Assembly: GCA_963701075.1 (NCBI GenBank)
Contig: OY969559.1
Span: 192,001 to 256,000 of the forward strand
Length of the DNA stretch: 64,000 nt
From: an uncultured Nitrososphaerota archaeon
GTDB lineage: Archaea; Thermoproteota; Nitrososphaeria; Nitrososphaerales; Nitrosopumilaceae
Direction: 5' to 3'
Shown here: positions 32,624 through 41,919 of the stretch, piece by piece
Numbering within the stretch: the first letter of the stretch is position 1
Layout: each line of letters opens with the position of its first letter
Notes under the pieces: generated by a model
Told to the model about the DNA's origin: nothing
The model's input: only the letters and a program-made list of their open reading frames with translations
Database searches by the model: none
Made by a program: the position numbers and the translations under genes

Positions 32624-33787
32624 TTATTTGTTTTTATCACTACAGCAAGCGTACATTTCCATGATTTTACCATACATAAGATCTTGATTAAATGAATCAG
32701 CAAGCAATTTGCTTCCATCTTGTCCCATCTCCAAAGCCAGGCTAGGGTTTTCTATCAATTTTAAAAGATGTTCTGCCCATGCTTTTTCGTCGTAGGGGTC
32801 CAACACAAACCCATTTTTTCCATCAGATACGATATCTGACATTGGTTTGATGTTTGATACAAGTACCGGTTTTTTCTGAGAAAATGCTTCTAGAATCACC
32901 AATCCAAAACCTTCGCACAAGCTTGGAAATACTAGTGCATTAGAAGTTGCAATTATCTTCATTTTTTCATCAAGTGGTGCATATCCCAGAAATTCTACGT
33001 TAGACTCTAAACCCAACTTGTTTGCCAATTCTTCAAGTGATCTTCTGTGTGGCCCATCTCCTACTATTACAAGCTTGACATTTGGTTGTCTTTTTTTTAA
33101 AATTCCTATTGCTTTTATGACAACTTCAAGATTCTTGTAAAAGACAAGCCTTCCCACATGAACAAATTGAAGAGGATTAGATATCTCATTAAGAACTGGG
33201 CTTGCATCTACAGAGTTGTGTATTACATGGATGGGTCTTTTTTCACCAAACTTTAACAGGTCCTCTTTTGTCGCATCGCTTACCGTGTGAACACACTCAT
33301 GTTTTAGCTTGACCATTAGCTTTTCAAATAATGGAGCCAGTATGACGTTTAGCTTGGATACATTTGCCTGGTCTCCCCACTTTTTCCAGTAGTTTTTGCC
33401 ACATAGAGAAAAGATGTCATGCACTGTCAGAACATGGGGAATTGAAAATAGAGTAGATAGTATTGAGCCTGCCAAAGCAGGTGAAAAGTTGTTGGAGTGT
33501 ATGATATCTATATTATTTTTCTTGATTACTTTAGAGCATGCAATTACAGCATTTACAACATAACGTATGTTGTCGCCAAAGCTTGGAGGCAGCCCCCCTT
33601 GATATTGCAGCGTTGGCTTGACAAAAATTATGTTCAAGTTTTTGTCGTAACTCTCGCCTTTTATCTCGTTTGTAATTATCCAGACTTTATGACCATTTTT
33701 TACAAGCATCTTAGCTAGCATGCTAAAAACATACTCTCCACCTCCCTTTGTAGTAGAGAAGAACTGGGACAGGAGAAGAATATTCAT
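32624..33787 (-). CDS. Glycosyltransferase family 4
   Basis: GGGE; VGRL..YKN; PSLCEGFGLVILEA. Confidence 0.9.
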   Translation of the reverse strand: MNILLLSQFFSTTKGGGEYVFSMLAKMLVKNGHKVWIITNEIKGESYDKNLNIIFVKPTLQYQGGLPPSFGDNIRYVVNAVIACSKVIKKNNIDIIHSNNFSPALAGSILSTLFSIPHVLTVHDIFSLCGKNYWKKWGDQANVSKLNVILAPLFEKLMVKLKHECVHTVSDATKEDLLKFGEKRPIHVIHNSVDASPVLNEISNPLQFVHVGRLVFYKNLEVVIKAIGILKKRQPNVKLVIVGDGPHRRSLEELANKLGLESNVEFLGYAPLDEKMKIIATSNALVFPSLCEGFGLVILEAFSQKKPVLVSNIKPMSDIVSDGKNGFVLDPYDEKAWAEHLLKLIENPSLALEMGQDGSKLLADSFNQDLMYGKIMEMYACCSDKNK

Positions 33788-33883
33788 GAGTTTGATTTAT
33801 CGACTTGATTTATGAATTTGTACCTATGGATCTAATGACCCAGTCATAGGATTGATTTGCGTATACATGGCAGGAAAAGACCT

Positions 33884-34897
33884 TTATTCTTGCATTCCAC
33901 GTTTCTTGAGAAACCTAATAAACTCTACTACGACCCTGCCAATACCATGGCGCTTTCTTACCTTATTTGATACCTCGATGTATTTTCCTAGTCGCTTGGA
34001 AAATCCTTGCTCTGATTCGAAAACCAAACGAATGTCAGTCAATACCAACTTTTCATCTCCAGTCTTTGGCTCAAAGGGCCTGACCCTTGAGAGGTCTTGA
34101 TCATAGTATGGATCCCCCTTCAATATTGTATCATGGTATCGTTTCACAAAATATCGTATCTCTTCATTGTCTTCAGTATATGGCCTGCTAGCTGTTCCAT
34201 GATGGTATAGCTGAGCATGCGGGGTATAGATTACAGAATATCCTTTCTCCCGCAATCTCAAACAGAGATCAACATCGTTGAACGAATAGGCAAATTTTTC
34301 ATCAAATCCTCCAATTTTATCAAAGAAGCTCTTTTTTATCATCATGCAAGCTCCCGTTACTGCGCTACATTCTCGGACAGTTTGCACAAGCCCCTTGTAG
34401 CCTTGATCGTTTCGCGATAGACCCTCAAAGGCATGTATTGCTATCCCTCCAACACCGATTAGCACGCCTGCATGCTGTATGGTATCGTTTGGATAAAACA
34501 GCAGAGCCCCAACGGCACCAACTGTAGGTTTTACAGAATGCTCAAGCATGCTTTCGATCCAAGTTTGTGAAATTACTCTAGTGTCATCGTTTAGAAATAT
34601 GATATGTTCTCCTTGTGCATTTGTTACCGCAAAGTTATTGATACGAGAAAAGTTGAATGGCTTGTCATAGGAGAGTACCTTGTGTTTTAGGCTGCCCAGA
34701 TATGTTTTTGTCTCTTCTTTTCTGCTGCCGTTGTCAATTATTATGATTTCATAATTTTTGTATGATGATTTGGTCTCAATGCTTTCAATGCACGCTTTTA
34801 GTAATTTGGGGTTGTCCTTGGTTGGTATAATGATACTAACTAGCGGCTTAGAGTCTTGAGAGGCCATTTTGAAGACTCTTGTCCTTTCTTTTTCCAA
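33884..34897 (-). CDS. Glycosyltransferase family 2
   Basis: VSIIIPT, IDNGS, FNFSRINN, FLNDD, QHAG, AVTGAC, NDVDLCLR. Confidence 0.9.
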   Translation of the reverse strand: MEKERTRVFKMASQDSKPLVSIIIPTKDNPKLLKACIESIETKSSYKNYEIIIIDNGSRKEETKTYLGSLKHKVLSYDKPFNFSRINNFAVTNAQGEHIIFLNDDTRVISQTWIESMLEHSVKPTVGAVGALLFYPNDTIQHAGVLIGVGGIAIHAFEGLSRNDQGYKGLVQTVRECSAVTGACMMIKKSFFDKIGGFDEKFAYSFNDVDLCLRLREKGYSVIYTPHAQLYHHGTASRPYTEDNEEIRYFVKRYHDTILKGDPYYDQDLSRVRPFEPKTGDEKLVLTDIRLVFESEQGFSKRLGKYIEVSNKVRKRHGIGRVVVEFIRFLKKRGMQE

Positions 34898-35362
34898 GTC
34901 TTTATATCGTTTCTTTTGGATGCTGTACGCCTTGATTCTGAAATGAGTTATAGTCGATCATATCCGGACAAGCAAAGTCAAGACTGTACCTGCAATCAGC
35001 CTGATTCTCCAACCTGCCTATGATCTAGCAGCTCAAAAGAAAAACTCTTGGTATCGTTTACCATGTGCGCAAATGCAGCAGAAAAAACAACATTATACAC
35101 CTTGTTAGGCGCTTTGTTTTCCATCAGTACCGAGCCTTCAAACCATCCAAACTGGTTTGTAGTTTCCTGAAAACTTGGGAAGTACCGTGGAATTATCATA
35201 ATTGTATAGCGTTGCATTTATTGAAACTCCCTGCAAGTCTCTCCCTGATCCAGCCTGAACTCTTCTAGAGGTATAGTCTTTGTTACCTGGTTATCATCAA
35301 ACGCTCCAAGCTGGAAATAGTAGACGTTTCCCTGTACCACAAAAGGTGAGCCAAAGGCTCGC

Positions 35363-35650
35363 TTAATGACGGGCTTCTAATTGGGCAAGGCGGGCTTTCA
35401 TTTGTTCTACATCTTTGATAATGTCTAACTTCTCGGACAGGGCATCTATTCTAGTATGAATAGAACGTATTTCTGTTGTTAGACGTTTGTCTAACTCATC
35501 CACGCTGTTATGGAGTGCATCTATTCTGGTGTTGATGGCCTTGAGTTCGCCTGACATTTCACCCTTGAGTGCCTTTATCTCCCCCTTGATTTCATTTAAC
35601 TGAGGTAAGAGAAAAGTTTCAAGTTCTTTCATCAAGCCCTTTATTGCCAT
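35363..35650 (-). CDS. Small coiled-coil protein
   Basis: Heptad repeats (INTRIDAL, IHTRIDAL). Confidence 0.7.
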   Translation of the reverse strand: MAIKGLMKELETFLLPQLNEIKGEIKALKGEMSGELKAINTRIDALHNSVDELDKRLTTEIRSIHTRIDALSEKLDIIKDVEQMKARLAQLEARH

Positions 35651-35689
35651 AATTTTGATTGGGTTTTAGGTCTAATAATGTTTTAGTCT

Positions 35690-35858
35690 GTCCGCTTGCG
35701 GACTTGATAAATGATACGCTTCGTGCCAATTCACCCTGTCCCTTCGGGACACCCCTCTTGGCACCGCTAAGAAACTTTTGGAAAAAGTTTCATCAAAAGC
35801 AGACACCTTTGCTCGTCCTCTGGCTACGACCATTCGCTTGAGCTCAAGGTCTGCCAAG
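35690..35858. ncRNA. Candidate structured RNA or REP-like element
   Basis: Stems gtccgc/gcggac, gtgccaa/ttggcac enclosing tgtccc/gggaca, gaaactttt/aaaagtttc, gcagac/gtctgc; GC-rich in an AT-rich context. Confidence 0.5.
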
Positions 35859-35937
35859 CTATATGCCATCCAGATACATATCGATGATTAATCTAGTTGG
35901 ATTCTAATCAAGCCCAACAAGTTCCTTCCATGACATA

Positions 35938-36187
35938 TCATAGTTTTGATCCATTGTTTTTAAGCAAGTTAGATGTAAACCTAGATTTTAACCTGGTCTT
36001 TCTCCGCTGGACTGCATAGTCATGCTCTATCTTTGTTTTGACAATACCACCCCACCACTCTTTTGATATGATAGGTCCTACATCTAGGCGATACAACTAG
36101 CTTGTACTGTGTGCCATACCCATGCCTTCCCTTGGAACTGGTCTGTGATACCACCCCAAGCAAGATGGAAGTTAGTAGGATTTTCAT
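35938..36187 (-). pseudogene. Possible Cdc6/Orc1 C-terminal winged-helix remnant
   Basis: Manual translation GVVSQTSSKGRHGYGTQYKLVVSP/(shift)DVGPIISKEWW resembles the Orc1/Cdc6 wing (S.GR.G). Confidence 0.4.
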
Positions 36188-36217
36188 TATAACCAAATAA
36201 TTTAAACCAAGAATTCT

Positions 36218-38053
36218 TCAATCACAATCAAAATCTTCGCCATCTAAGACTTTTTCTTCTGGGGCATCAGCAAAGTATGTTCTCATAATTTTGCGCTCAG
36301 CTCCCACTATTGCATAAACTAGGCTCATCACAGAATCTTTTGGATGGTTAAATTCCTTCTTTGCCCTCTGTCTAGGGTCCACAACATCCCCAAATTCTAA
36401 ATCTTTTCGCGTAAGCTTGGTAAAATCTTCAATTAGAAAGTGTGTTTCGTCTTTTTTTGCGTATGGTATTATGAATTTAGGGCCAGATACTGTTTGTCCT
36501 GATGTTGTTGTATAAGTAATCTTGGTATTCAGCAGATCGATGACGCGTTGAATGGAATAAGTTTTGTCAATGCGAGCCATAAATGCACGCTGCCCATGTT
36601 CGTCGTGGTCTTCTGCAAAAATTGGCGCAGTGATGCTTTCATTACTTTCTGTTCTGCACCCAATGAATTTTTTCGAGCCAGCGCCGGGAAATTTCCCTCC
36701 GTTGCTGTCGGTGAATCCATCCTGGATCATTTTAATCTGGTTTGCTCCATAGCCCAGGTCACCAACTCCAATATCACAATGTGAATAGTGGAATAATTTG
36801 GCAATGAGCTTGGCCTGTTCAAGTTGATTCTCTGCAGGACGTTTGTCAAGAAATGCCAGAAAATACCGCCTCTCCCCGTTCGGAAGTCTCCATTTTATTA
36901 CAATTGAGATTACGGTACTAGATGAAGAACCAGAGCCAAAGTCTACACCCATGGAAACCCTGATTGTATGGCCAAATATTCTTTTGAGCTCTGCAATCTC
37001 CTCCCAGGTAAGAAGCGCAATATACTGGTACGAATTCATACATTGTAGTACCATATTTCGCGTTACAGGTCGTGCCATCGATCTGTTAAATTGTCCCATG
37101 ATATGGTTTGGATAAAATGATGGATCTGGGTTTTCGTTTTTCTGATACTCGATTGAAAAAATTGGCGAGACTTTGTACAGATTTATCGCGTCAGACATGG
37201 TAATGGGGTTTGTCGGAATCATTGTTTGTGGAATATGATACCCATGACAGATTGTGTTGTTTGGATTTTGCGCAATCCATTTACCGGTCATCAAGTCTTC
37301 CAAGTATTTTCCAATCACAAGACCGTGTTCGTCGAATTGTAACTTACTTCGCCACTCTGGCTCATCTGGAACCCATTCAAATTGTGTGCTGTTATTCCAG
37401 AAATTTTCATATGCAGAGCCAGATTCCCCTCCGATGCCACACATTGTAAGTTCACCTTTTGTAGCTGCCATGGTTTGAATCACCTTTTGCGCCACGTGCA
37501 TAGGCTGCTCCTGTGACTCGTCTAGGATAACATGGTGCAGAGATTTTCCCTCTAAATTTTTAAAGTTGTTATTTGATATCATGCAATAGATTCGGCTTCC
37601 ATTTCGGAAAGACTGCTCGTCAATGTTGCTAGTTTTCCAAAGATATTTCATCAAGCCTGGATTTTGCAAAAAAGAGCCGTGCAATTTCTGGCGCGAAAAA
37701 GCTGCAAGACTTTTGTTGTTGAATGTTACATACGCAAGTTGCACACCAGGCCTTGTCAGTGCTTCATACGTTAGGACATCTGTGATGTATGTTGACTTGT
37801 AAATCTGCCTGCCACCAAGAATCATCTTAACAGGATGCGGATCCTGATAAATTTCGGTCCAAAATGGAGTGATGGCAAGATTTCTAAGGTTACCTTCTGA
37901 CATGGGCTTCATCTTGGGAATAAATTCCAAAATGTTTTCTTGTACTTGGGGTAATGATTTTGCTGACTTGGATTGTTTTTGAAGATCCTTTATGATTTTT
38001 TCAAGTTCTCGCTCTGCGAGTTTATTATGCTCAGTTTGCCATTTGAGAACCAA
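36218..38053 (-). CDS. Terminase large subunit-like ATPase/nuclease
   Basis: GRQIYKST (variant Walker A), VILDESQ (Walker B), C-terminal MGVDFGSG, VGDLGYG and HPKD RNase H-like acidic motifs. Confidence 0.75.
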   Translation of the reverse strand: MVLKWQTEHNKLAERELEKIIKDLQKQSKSAKSLPQVQENILEFIPKMKPMSEGNLRNLAITPFWTEIYQDPHPVKMILGGRQIYKSTYITDVLTYEALTRPGVQLAYVTFNNKSLAAFSRQKLHGSFLQNPGLMKYLWKTSNIDEQSFRNGSRIYCMISNNNFKNLEGKSLHHVILDESQEQPMHVAQKVIQTMAATKGELTMCGIGGESGSAYENFWNNSTQFEWVPDEPEWRSKLQFDEHGLVIGKYLEDLMTGKWIAQNPNNTICHGYHIPQTMIPTNPITMSDAINLYKVSPIFSIEYQKNENPDPSFYPNHIMGQFNRSMARPVTRNMVLQCMNSYQYIALLTWEEIAELKRIFGHTIRVSMGVDFGSGSSSSTVISIVIKWRLPNGERRYFLAFLDKRPAENQLEQAKLIAKLFHYSHCDIGVGDLGYGANQIKMIQDGFTDSNGGKFPGAGSKKFIGCRTESNESITAPIFAEDHDEHGQRAFMARIDKTYSIQRVIDLLNTKITYTTTSGQTVSGPKFIIPYAKKDETHFLIEDFTKLTRKDLEFGDVVDPRQRAKKEFNHPKDSVMSLVYAIVGAERKIMRTYFADAPEEKVLDGEDFDCD

Positions 38054-38552
38054 GTTTTTTCAAAACCTCCTGTGCAAGTTTCACCATACTAATATCCGCA
38101 GTTGGCGAGTTTGCTATTGCTAGTTTCAAAGCGGTTAGTTTTGCTATAGTATCTATTGTTTTTCTTATTTGATCGCATGTAGAATCAATCGTAAATTCAT
38201 TTTGAGGAGTAGAAAGACGATTTTTTTGAAAATCGTACAAGTCGTATAATTTTAAGATCAGTTCATCTAGTGCAACAGTAGCGCCTTCGATATTTATTTT
38301 ACATTCTTCGATAAAACCCCTCTCGTTCACCGATCGTTTAATTGCAGCAAATTTTTTAAGAATCCTTCTTACAGTCTTTATATCATATCGGGTAAGTCCA
38401 GCTATTGTTCTAGGTGATGTTGTACCTTTTGAAAACCAGCCCCAAACCTTTTCTTCCATTTCAACTTGTGTTGCTGCACTAGGCCTTCCACGTCCATTAT
38501 GTTGTGAACTGGAATCGCTCTGTTCATTAGATCTTTCCCCCTCTAACATCAA
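38031..38552 (-). CDS. HTH plus coiled-coil protein, putative terminase small subunit
   Basis: GRP motif, HTH SPRTIAGLTRYDIKTVRR, helical C-terminus; overlaps the start of the TerL-like gene. Confidence 0.55.
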   Translation of the reverse strand: MMLEGERSNEQSDSSSQHNGRGRPSAATQVEMEEKVWGWFSKGTTSPRTIAGLTRYDIKTVRRILKKFAAIKRSVNERGFIEECKINIEGATVALDELILKLYDLYDFQKNRLSTPQNEFTIDSTCDQIRKTIDTIAKLTALKLAIANSPTADISMVKLAQEVLKKLGSQMAN

Positions 38553-39068
38553 AACTTCCTGCAGAATCCAGGTTTTTATGTATTAATTGCAAAATTTCGA
38601 TTCGAAAAATTTGACAAAAAATTCATGTGATCAAAAAACTTTTCTGACAACTTAATTTTGCAAATGCATCAAATGATCGCCCGCCAAAAATTAAAAATGC
38701 AAAAACAGACCATTTTAGACCATTTAATTGGCCAAATCGGGTTTGATTGCATACCTTTAGATCTTGATGCAGATAAATTTGTCGTGTTTAAATATTTAAG
38801 TAAATGATGTTTCAGATTTTAATCTCTGTTGCAAAAAAATAGTTTGTAAAAATATTTCCTACAAATTTTTGATAGTAAAAATATATCACAAAATTTTTTT
38901 GTTGAAAATCCAAACAACAATCAATTCTTTTGTAAACTTGTGTCTAGTTAATTGCCCCACCGGCTTTAATCAATACACCACCAGAATCAAAAGTGGAAAA
39001 AACTCGCAAATTAACAGAAGCTCAAGAAGTGTAAGATCAGTCTTTTATGCAAATTTTGCACCTACCCG

Positions 39069-39320
39069 TCATTCTCTAATATCAAGAATCTTCATGATGT
39101 CCTGTAGCCGTTGCGGATTTAGAGCGTACTGCATTCCGTATGAAGGATGCTGCAGGACAAGATTTTCCTTTACAAGTTTCTTGAGACCCTTTTCAATATT
39201 GCCTCTCTCATGTGATGGACACCCTGTCCTCAAATCCTCTAACGAAATGTGCCTTGCACCGACAACCCTGTTTCTGTACATCTTTTCCAAGATGAAAAAC
39301 AAGATGCGCTCGTGCTTCAT
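39069..39320 (-). CDS. Small protein of unknown family A (paralog of 56375-56677)
   Basis: HISLE.L.TG.PSH..G.I.K.LKKLVKENLVLQHP.SYG.Q.ALNP.RL shared by both copies. Confidence 0.75.
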   Translation of the reverse strand: MKHERILFFILEKMYRNRVVGARHISLEDLRTGCPSHERGNIEKGLKKLVKENLVLQHPSYGMQYALNPQRLQDIMKILDIRE

Positions 39321-39398
39321 GCCCTTGCATGCGCATGGCAGATATTTAACAATTATTTACTAAATTACATACATATGGTAAATTTAATATAGTAATTT

Positions 39399-39887
39399 AT
39401 GGCAATATATCACATGATACGTACAACGTCAAGTGCCAAAGCAATGCCGGATGGACCGCTTGAAAGCATGTTTCCCGTGGCAAGCTCAAAGATACTGGAT
39501 TTTCTTTCAACGCACAAACTGTGGGACTATTCTGTATCTGATATTGCCAAATACTCTGGAGTGTCATTTAAAACTGCCCTGGCTGAGATCAGAAAGCTAG
39601 CAAGCCAGGATGTTGTAGAGCAGACAAGAACTGTTGGCAATGCCATAATGTACAAGTTCAACATGGAATCAAAGCAAGCATATCATATTGACAAGCTCAT
39701 AAATGAAATTGCCACAAGGAGAATCAATGAAACCATCAAGCCCGTACATAAGAAAGCCTCGAGGATCACTACAAAGAATGCAAAGGCTGAGATTCAATCC
39801 CATCTGGACAAGGCAGAAAAGATTAGGGCAGAGCACCCCGATTTGTATGAGGCCCTAGCAAAAGATAATAAAAAACTAATCAAGTAA
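39399..39887 (+). CDS. Winged-HTH protein (paralog of 56772-57128) with a C-terminal extension
   Basis: KILDFL....WDYS.SDIAK.SG.SFKT; TR.VG.A.MYK wing. Confidence 0.8.
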   Translation: MAIYHMIRTTSSAKAMPDGPLESMFPVASSKILDFLSTHKLWDYSVSDIAKYSGVSFKTALAEIRKLASQDVVEQTRTVGNAIMYKFNMESKQAYHIDKLINEIATRRINETIKPVHKKASRITTKNAKAEIQSHLDKAEKIRAEHPDLYEALAKDNKKLIK

Positions 39888-39926
39888 CTTTCTTTGTAAG
39901 ATATTTTGCTCTTTTGAGAACTCGGC

Positions 39927-40475
39927 CTATTCCATATTAGATCTTCTGCTAAAATGATCAACTCGGTTTACTTCCTTGAGTTCTGGATATAGTTTTAGTG
40001 CGCCTTTTGCCACCATCATACCGTCCGATGTAAGGTAGTACCCAGATTTTGTTTTTCCTACATATTCAGATTCCATTAGTTCTCTTAACATAGAGTCTTG
40101 AGGAATATCAATTGCCGAATCTTTTGAGATTGCTTTTCGTATAAGGAAATAAACCAGTATTTCTTCTTCTCTTGAGGCCGTGGGATAATGCAGCGTTTTG
40201 ATAATCATCTTTTGAATATTTTCAGGAAACGATGTTAATCCTGCGCGTTCCTTCATTCGTACAATTTTAACATTGCCCAGTGCAGAAATGTCCACAATAT
40301 TTTCTTGCAGAATAGATTGAACTTCACCGATATGATCTAAAACCTTTTGCAATGTTCTAAAATTTAGGCGAGTTTTTTGTGCTAATTTGTTCTGAGTAAA
40401 TGACTCACCGCTTTTTAGAGTTTCAAGAGTCTTTTCTACTGCGGTAGCAAAATCAGTTCGCATTCTAGATTTCAT
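39927..40475 (-). CDS. Tandem winged-HTH protein
   Basis: FTQNKLAQKTRLNFRTLQK HTH; second wHTH ending YYLTSDG. Confidence 0.65.
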   Translation of the reverse strand: MKSRMRTDFATAVEKTLETLKSGESFTQNKLAQKTRLNFRTLQKVLDHIGEVQSILQENIVDISALGNVKIVRMKERAGLTSFPENIQKMIIKTLHYPTASREEEILVYFLIRKAISKDSAIDIPQDSMLRELMESEYVGKTKSGYYLTSDGMMVAKGALKLYPELKEVNRVDHFSRRSNME

Positions 40476-40537
40476 ATGTATACTTGTTATGTTGTATACT
40501 TATATAATGCTTATTGTATAATTATACATAACCAGCC

Positions 40538-40852
40538 ATGGTATTACAAAATTATGAAATTGCAGTACTGCTAAAGATGTACGATGAACGCATTATGGGC
40601 AAAAGTGGTTATACAAGCCTCCAAAAAGTAAGAAGCAAAATCAATTGGCAAAAAATAGCCGCAGCATACAAGATTAAAAAAAGCTTTGATGATGTTTCAA
40701 GAAAATTGGTTAAAAGAAAGTTGTTATCTGATGATGGAAAAAGCATGGAGGTATTATACCTAGACAAACTAGGCGTTGATTTTGTGGTTGCATATATTTC
40801 AGAAAACCCCACCGCTTTCAGTGATTTAGAAGCAAAATTGTCAGGTTACTGA
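40538..40852 (+). CDS. Small wHTH-like protein, distantly similar to family A
   Basis: LLKMYDERIMGK..YTSL versus LEKMYRNRVVG..HISL; divergent from 39927. Confidence 0.6.
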   Translation: MVLQNYEIAVLLKMYDERIMGKSGYTSLQKVRSKINWQKIAAAYKIKKSFDDVSRKLVKRKLLSDDGKSMEVLYLDKLGVDFVVAYISENPTAFSDLEAKLSGY

Positions 40853-41025
40853 TTCTGTCCAATCTGCGGTGATGGCAAGTATCTCGTTTTCTCCACTAGA
40901 AACGCATATAATAATATTTTTTGGCCTAAATTAGGCACAAAAGGAAGAAAGCAGAGGATGAAATACAGGATGTAAAGTTTTACTCTTCTAATTAATTGCC
41001 ACAAAGGCCTTAATCGAGATCTTGC

Positions 41026-41409
41026 TCAATAAGGATCTTCGGCCGTTGCCTCTTTTATCCTAACAAAATCCTTGATATTCTTGGTCCATACTTTGGCATC
41101 ATATACTGATGCGGTAGCAGCTATGATGGCATCCGGAATCTCAACCTTGTATTTTCTTCTAAAAAGGCCTGCTTGTTGTGCTATCTCATTTGTCAGTAGG
41201 ATTTTCGTAAAAAGAGAGGTGAGACCTCCTACTTTGGAGATGCCAGAGTCTGTTCCACATTCTCTTCCAGCATACAGCTCGGCTTCAGTAAGAACTGAGA
41301 TAAAACCATCTATCTCCCTTTTGGCAACGCGCTCAATTACACCAACAGCTCTTGCGTTACCTCTTAGGCAGTCTATCAAGATAGATGTGTCAAAAATTAT
41401 CTTTGCCAT
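41026..41409 (-). CDS. vapC: VapC PIN-domain toxin
   Basis: FDTSILID, SVLTEAEL, PDAIIAATA, TKNIKDF. Confidence 0.92.
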   Translation of the reverse strand: MAKIIFDTSILIDCLRGNARAVGVIERVAKREIDGFISVLTEAELYAGRECGTDSGISKVGGLTSLFTKILLTNEIAQQAGLFRRKYKVEIPDAIIAATASVYDAKVWTKNIKDFVRIKEATAEDPY

Positions 41410-41687
41410 TAGAGACCGGACCTTTTGAGTCTCTTGCCCCAGCCTCTTCTAATCTCCTTTACATACTCTTTGCCGCTTTCATCAATCTTCCAACTCCCCG
41501 CACTATCCCTTAAAATCTTCAATCTACTCTTTTTCTCATCAGAATCTATCGTGCCTGCAAGTCCCTCGGCACGGCCTAGTTTCTCATTAATTAATTTAGA
41601 CAGGTTTTTTGTGTTTCCGTATCTTTCTACAGTCTCTTTTACAAGTCTCTTGTAAAGATCATCATTTAGGTTTACGGTTGTCTTCAA
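41409..41687 (-). CDS. vapB: VapB-type antitoxin (RHH)
   Basis: KTTVNLNDDLY; AGSW....KEYVKEIRRGW tail; coupled to vapC. Confidence 0.8.
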   Translation of the reverse strand: MKTTVNLNDDLYKRLVKETVERYGNTKNLSKLINEKLGRAEGLAGTIDSDEKKSRLKILRDSAGSWKIDESGKEYVKEIRRGWGKRLKRSGL

Positions 41688-41857
41688 GTTATCACCATTT
41701 AACCATTTAGCCGCCTAAATATTTAAAGTTGATCAAATGCTGTCAGCCATAAAGTCACAAAGGACTCAGTCCACTTTTCTGTTAATGCGTCTCTTTTGGG
41801 CAGAGAGGATTATTTTGTTTGGATCTTTCCTGAAATAATGACATAAATCCCATCGCT

Positions 41858-41919
41858 TGACAGTGCCTGAATTTTCATCAATTATAATAGCTAAACTTGC
41901 AGTGCATATTTCCTGGCTT
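41858..41919 (+). repeat. 62-bp segment also present at 28647-28708
   Basis: Manual alignment, 5 mismatches. Confidence 0.85.

Noticed and set aside
34996-35340. Short ORFs between GT2 and the coiled-coil gene
   Set aside because: Possibly gene debris, but no motif could be assigned
38553-39068. AT-rich gap and 164-aa ORF 38869-39363 as an origin or gene
   Set aside because: No ORB-like repeats recognised; the ORF is antisense to the conserved 39069 gene
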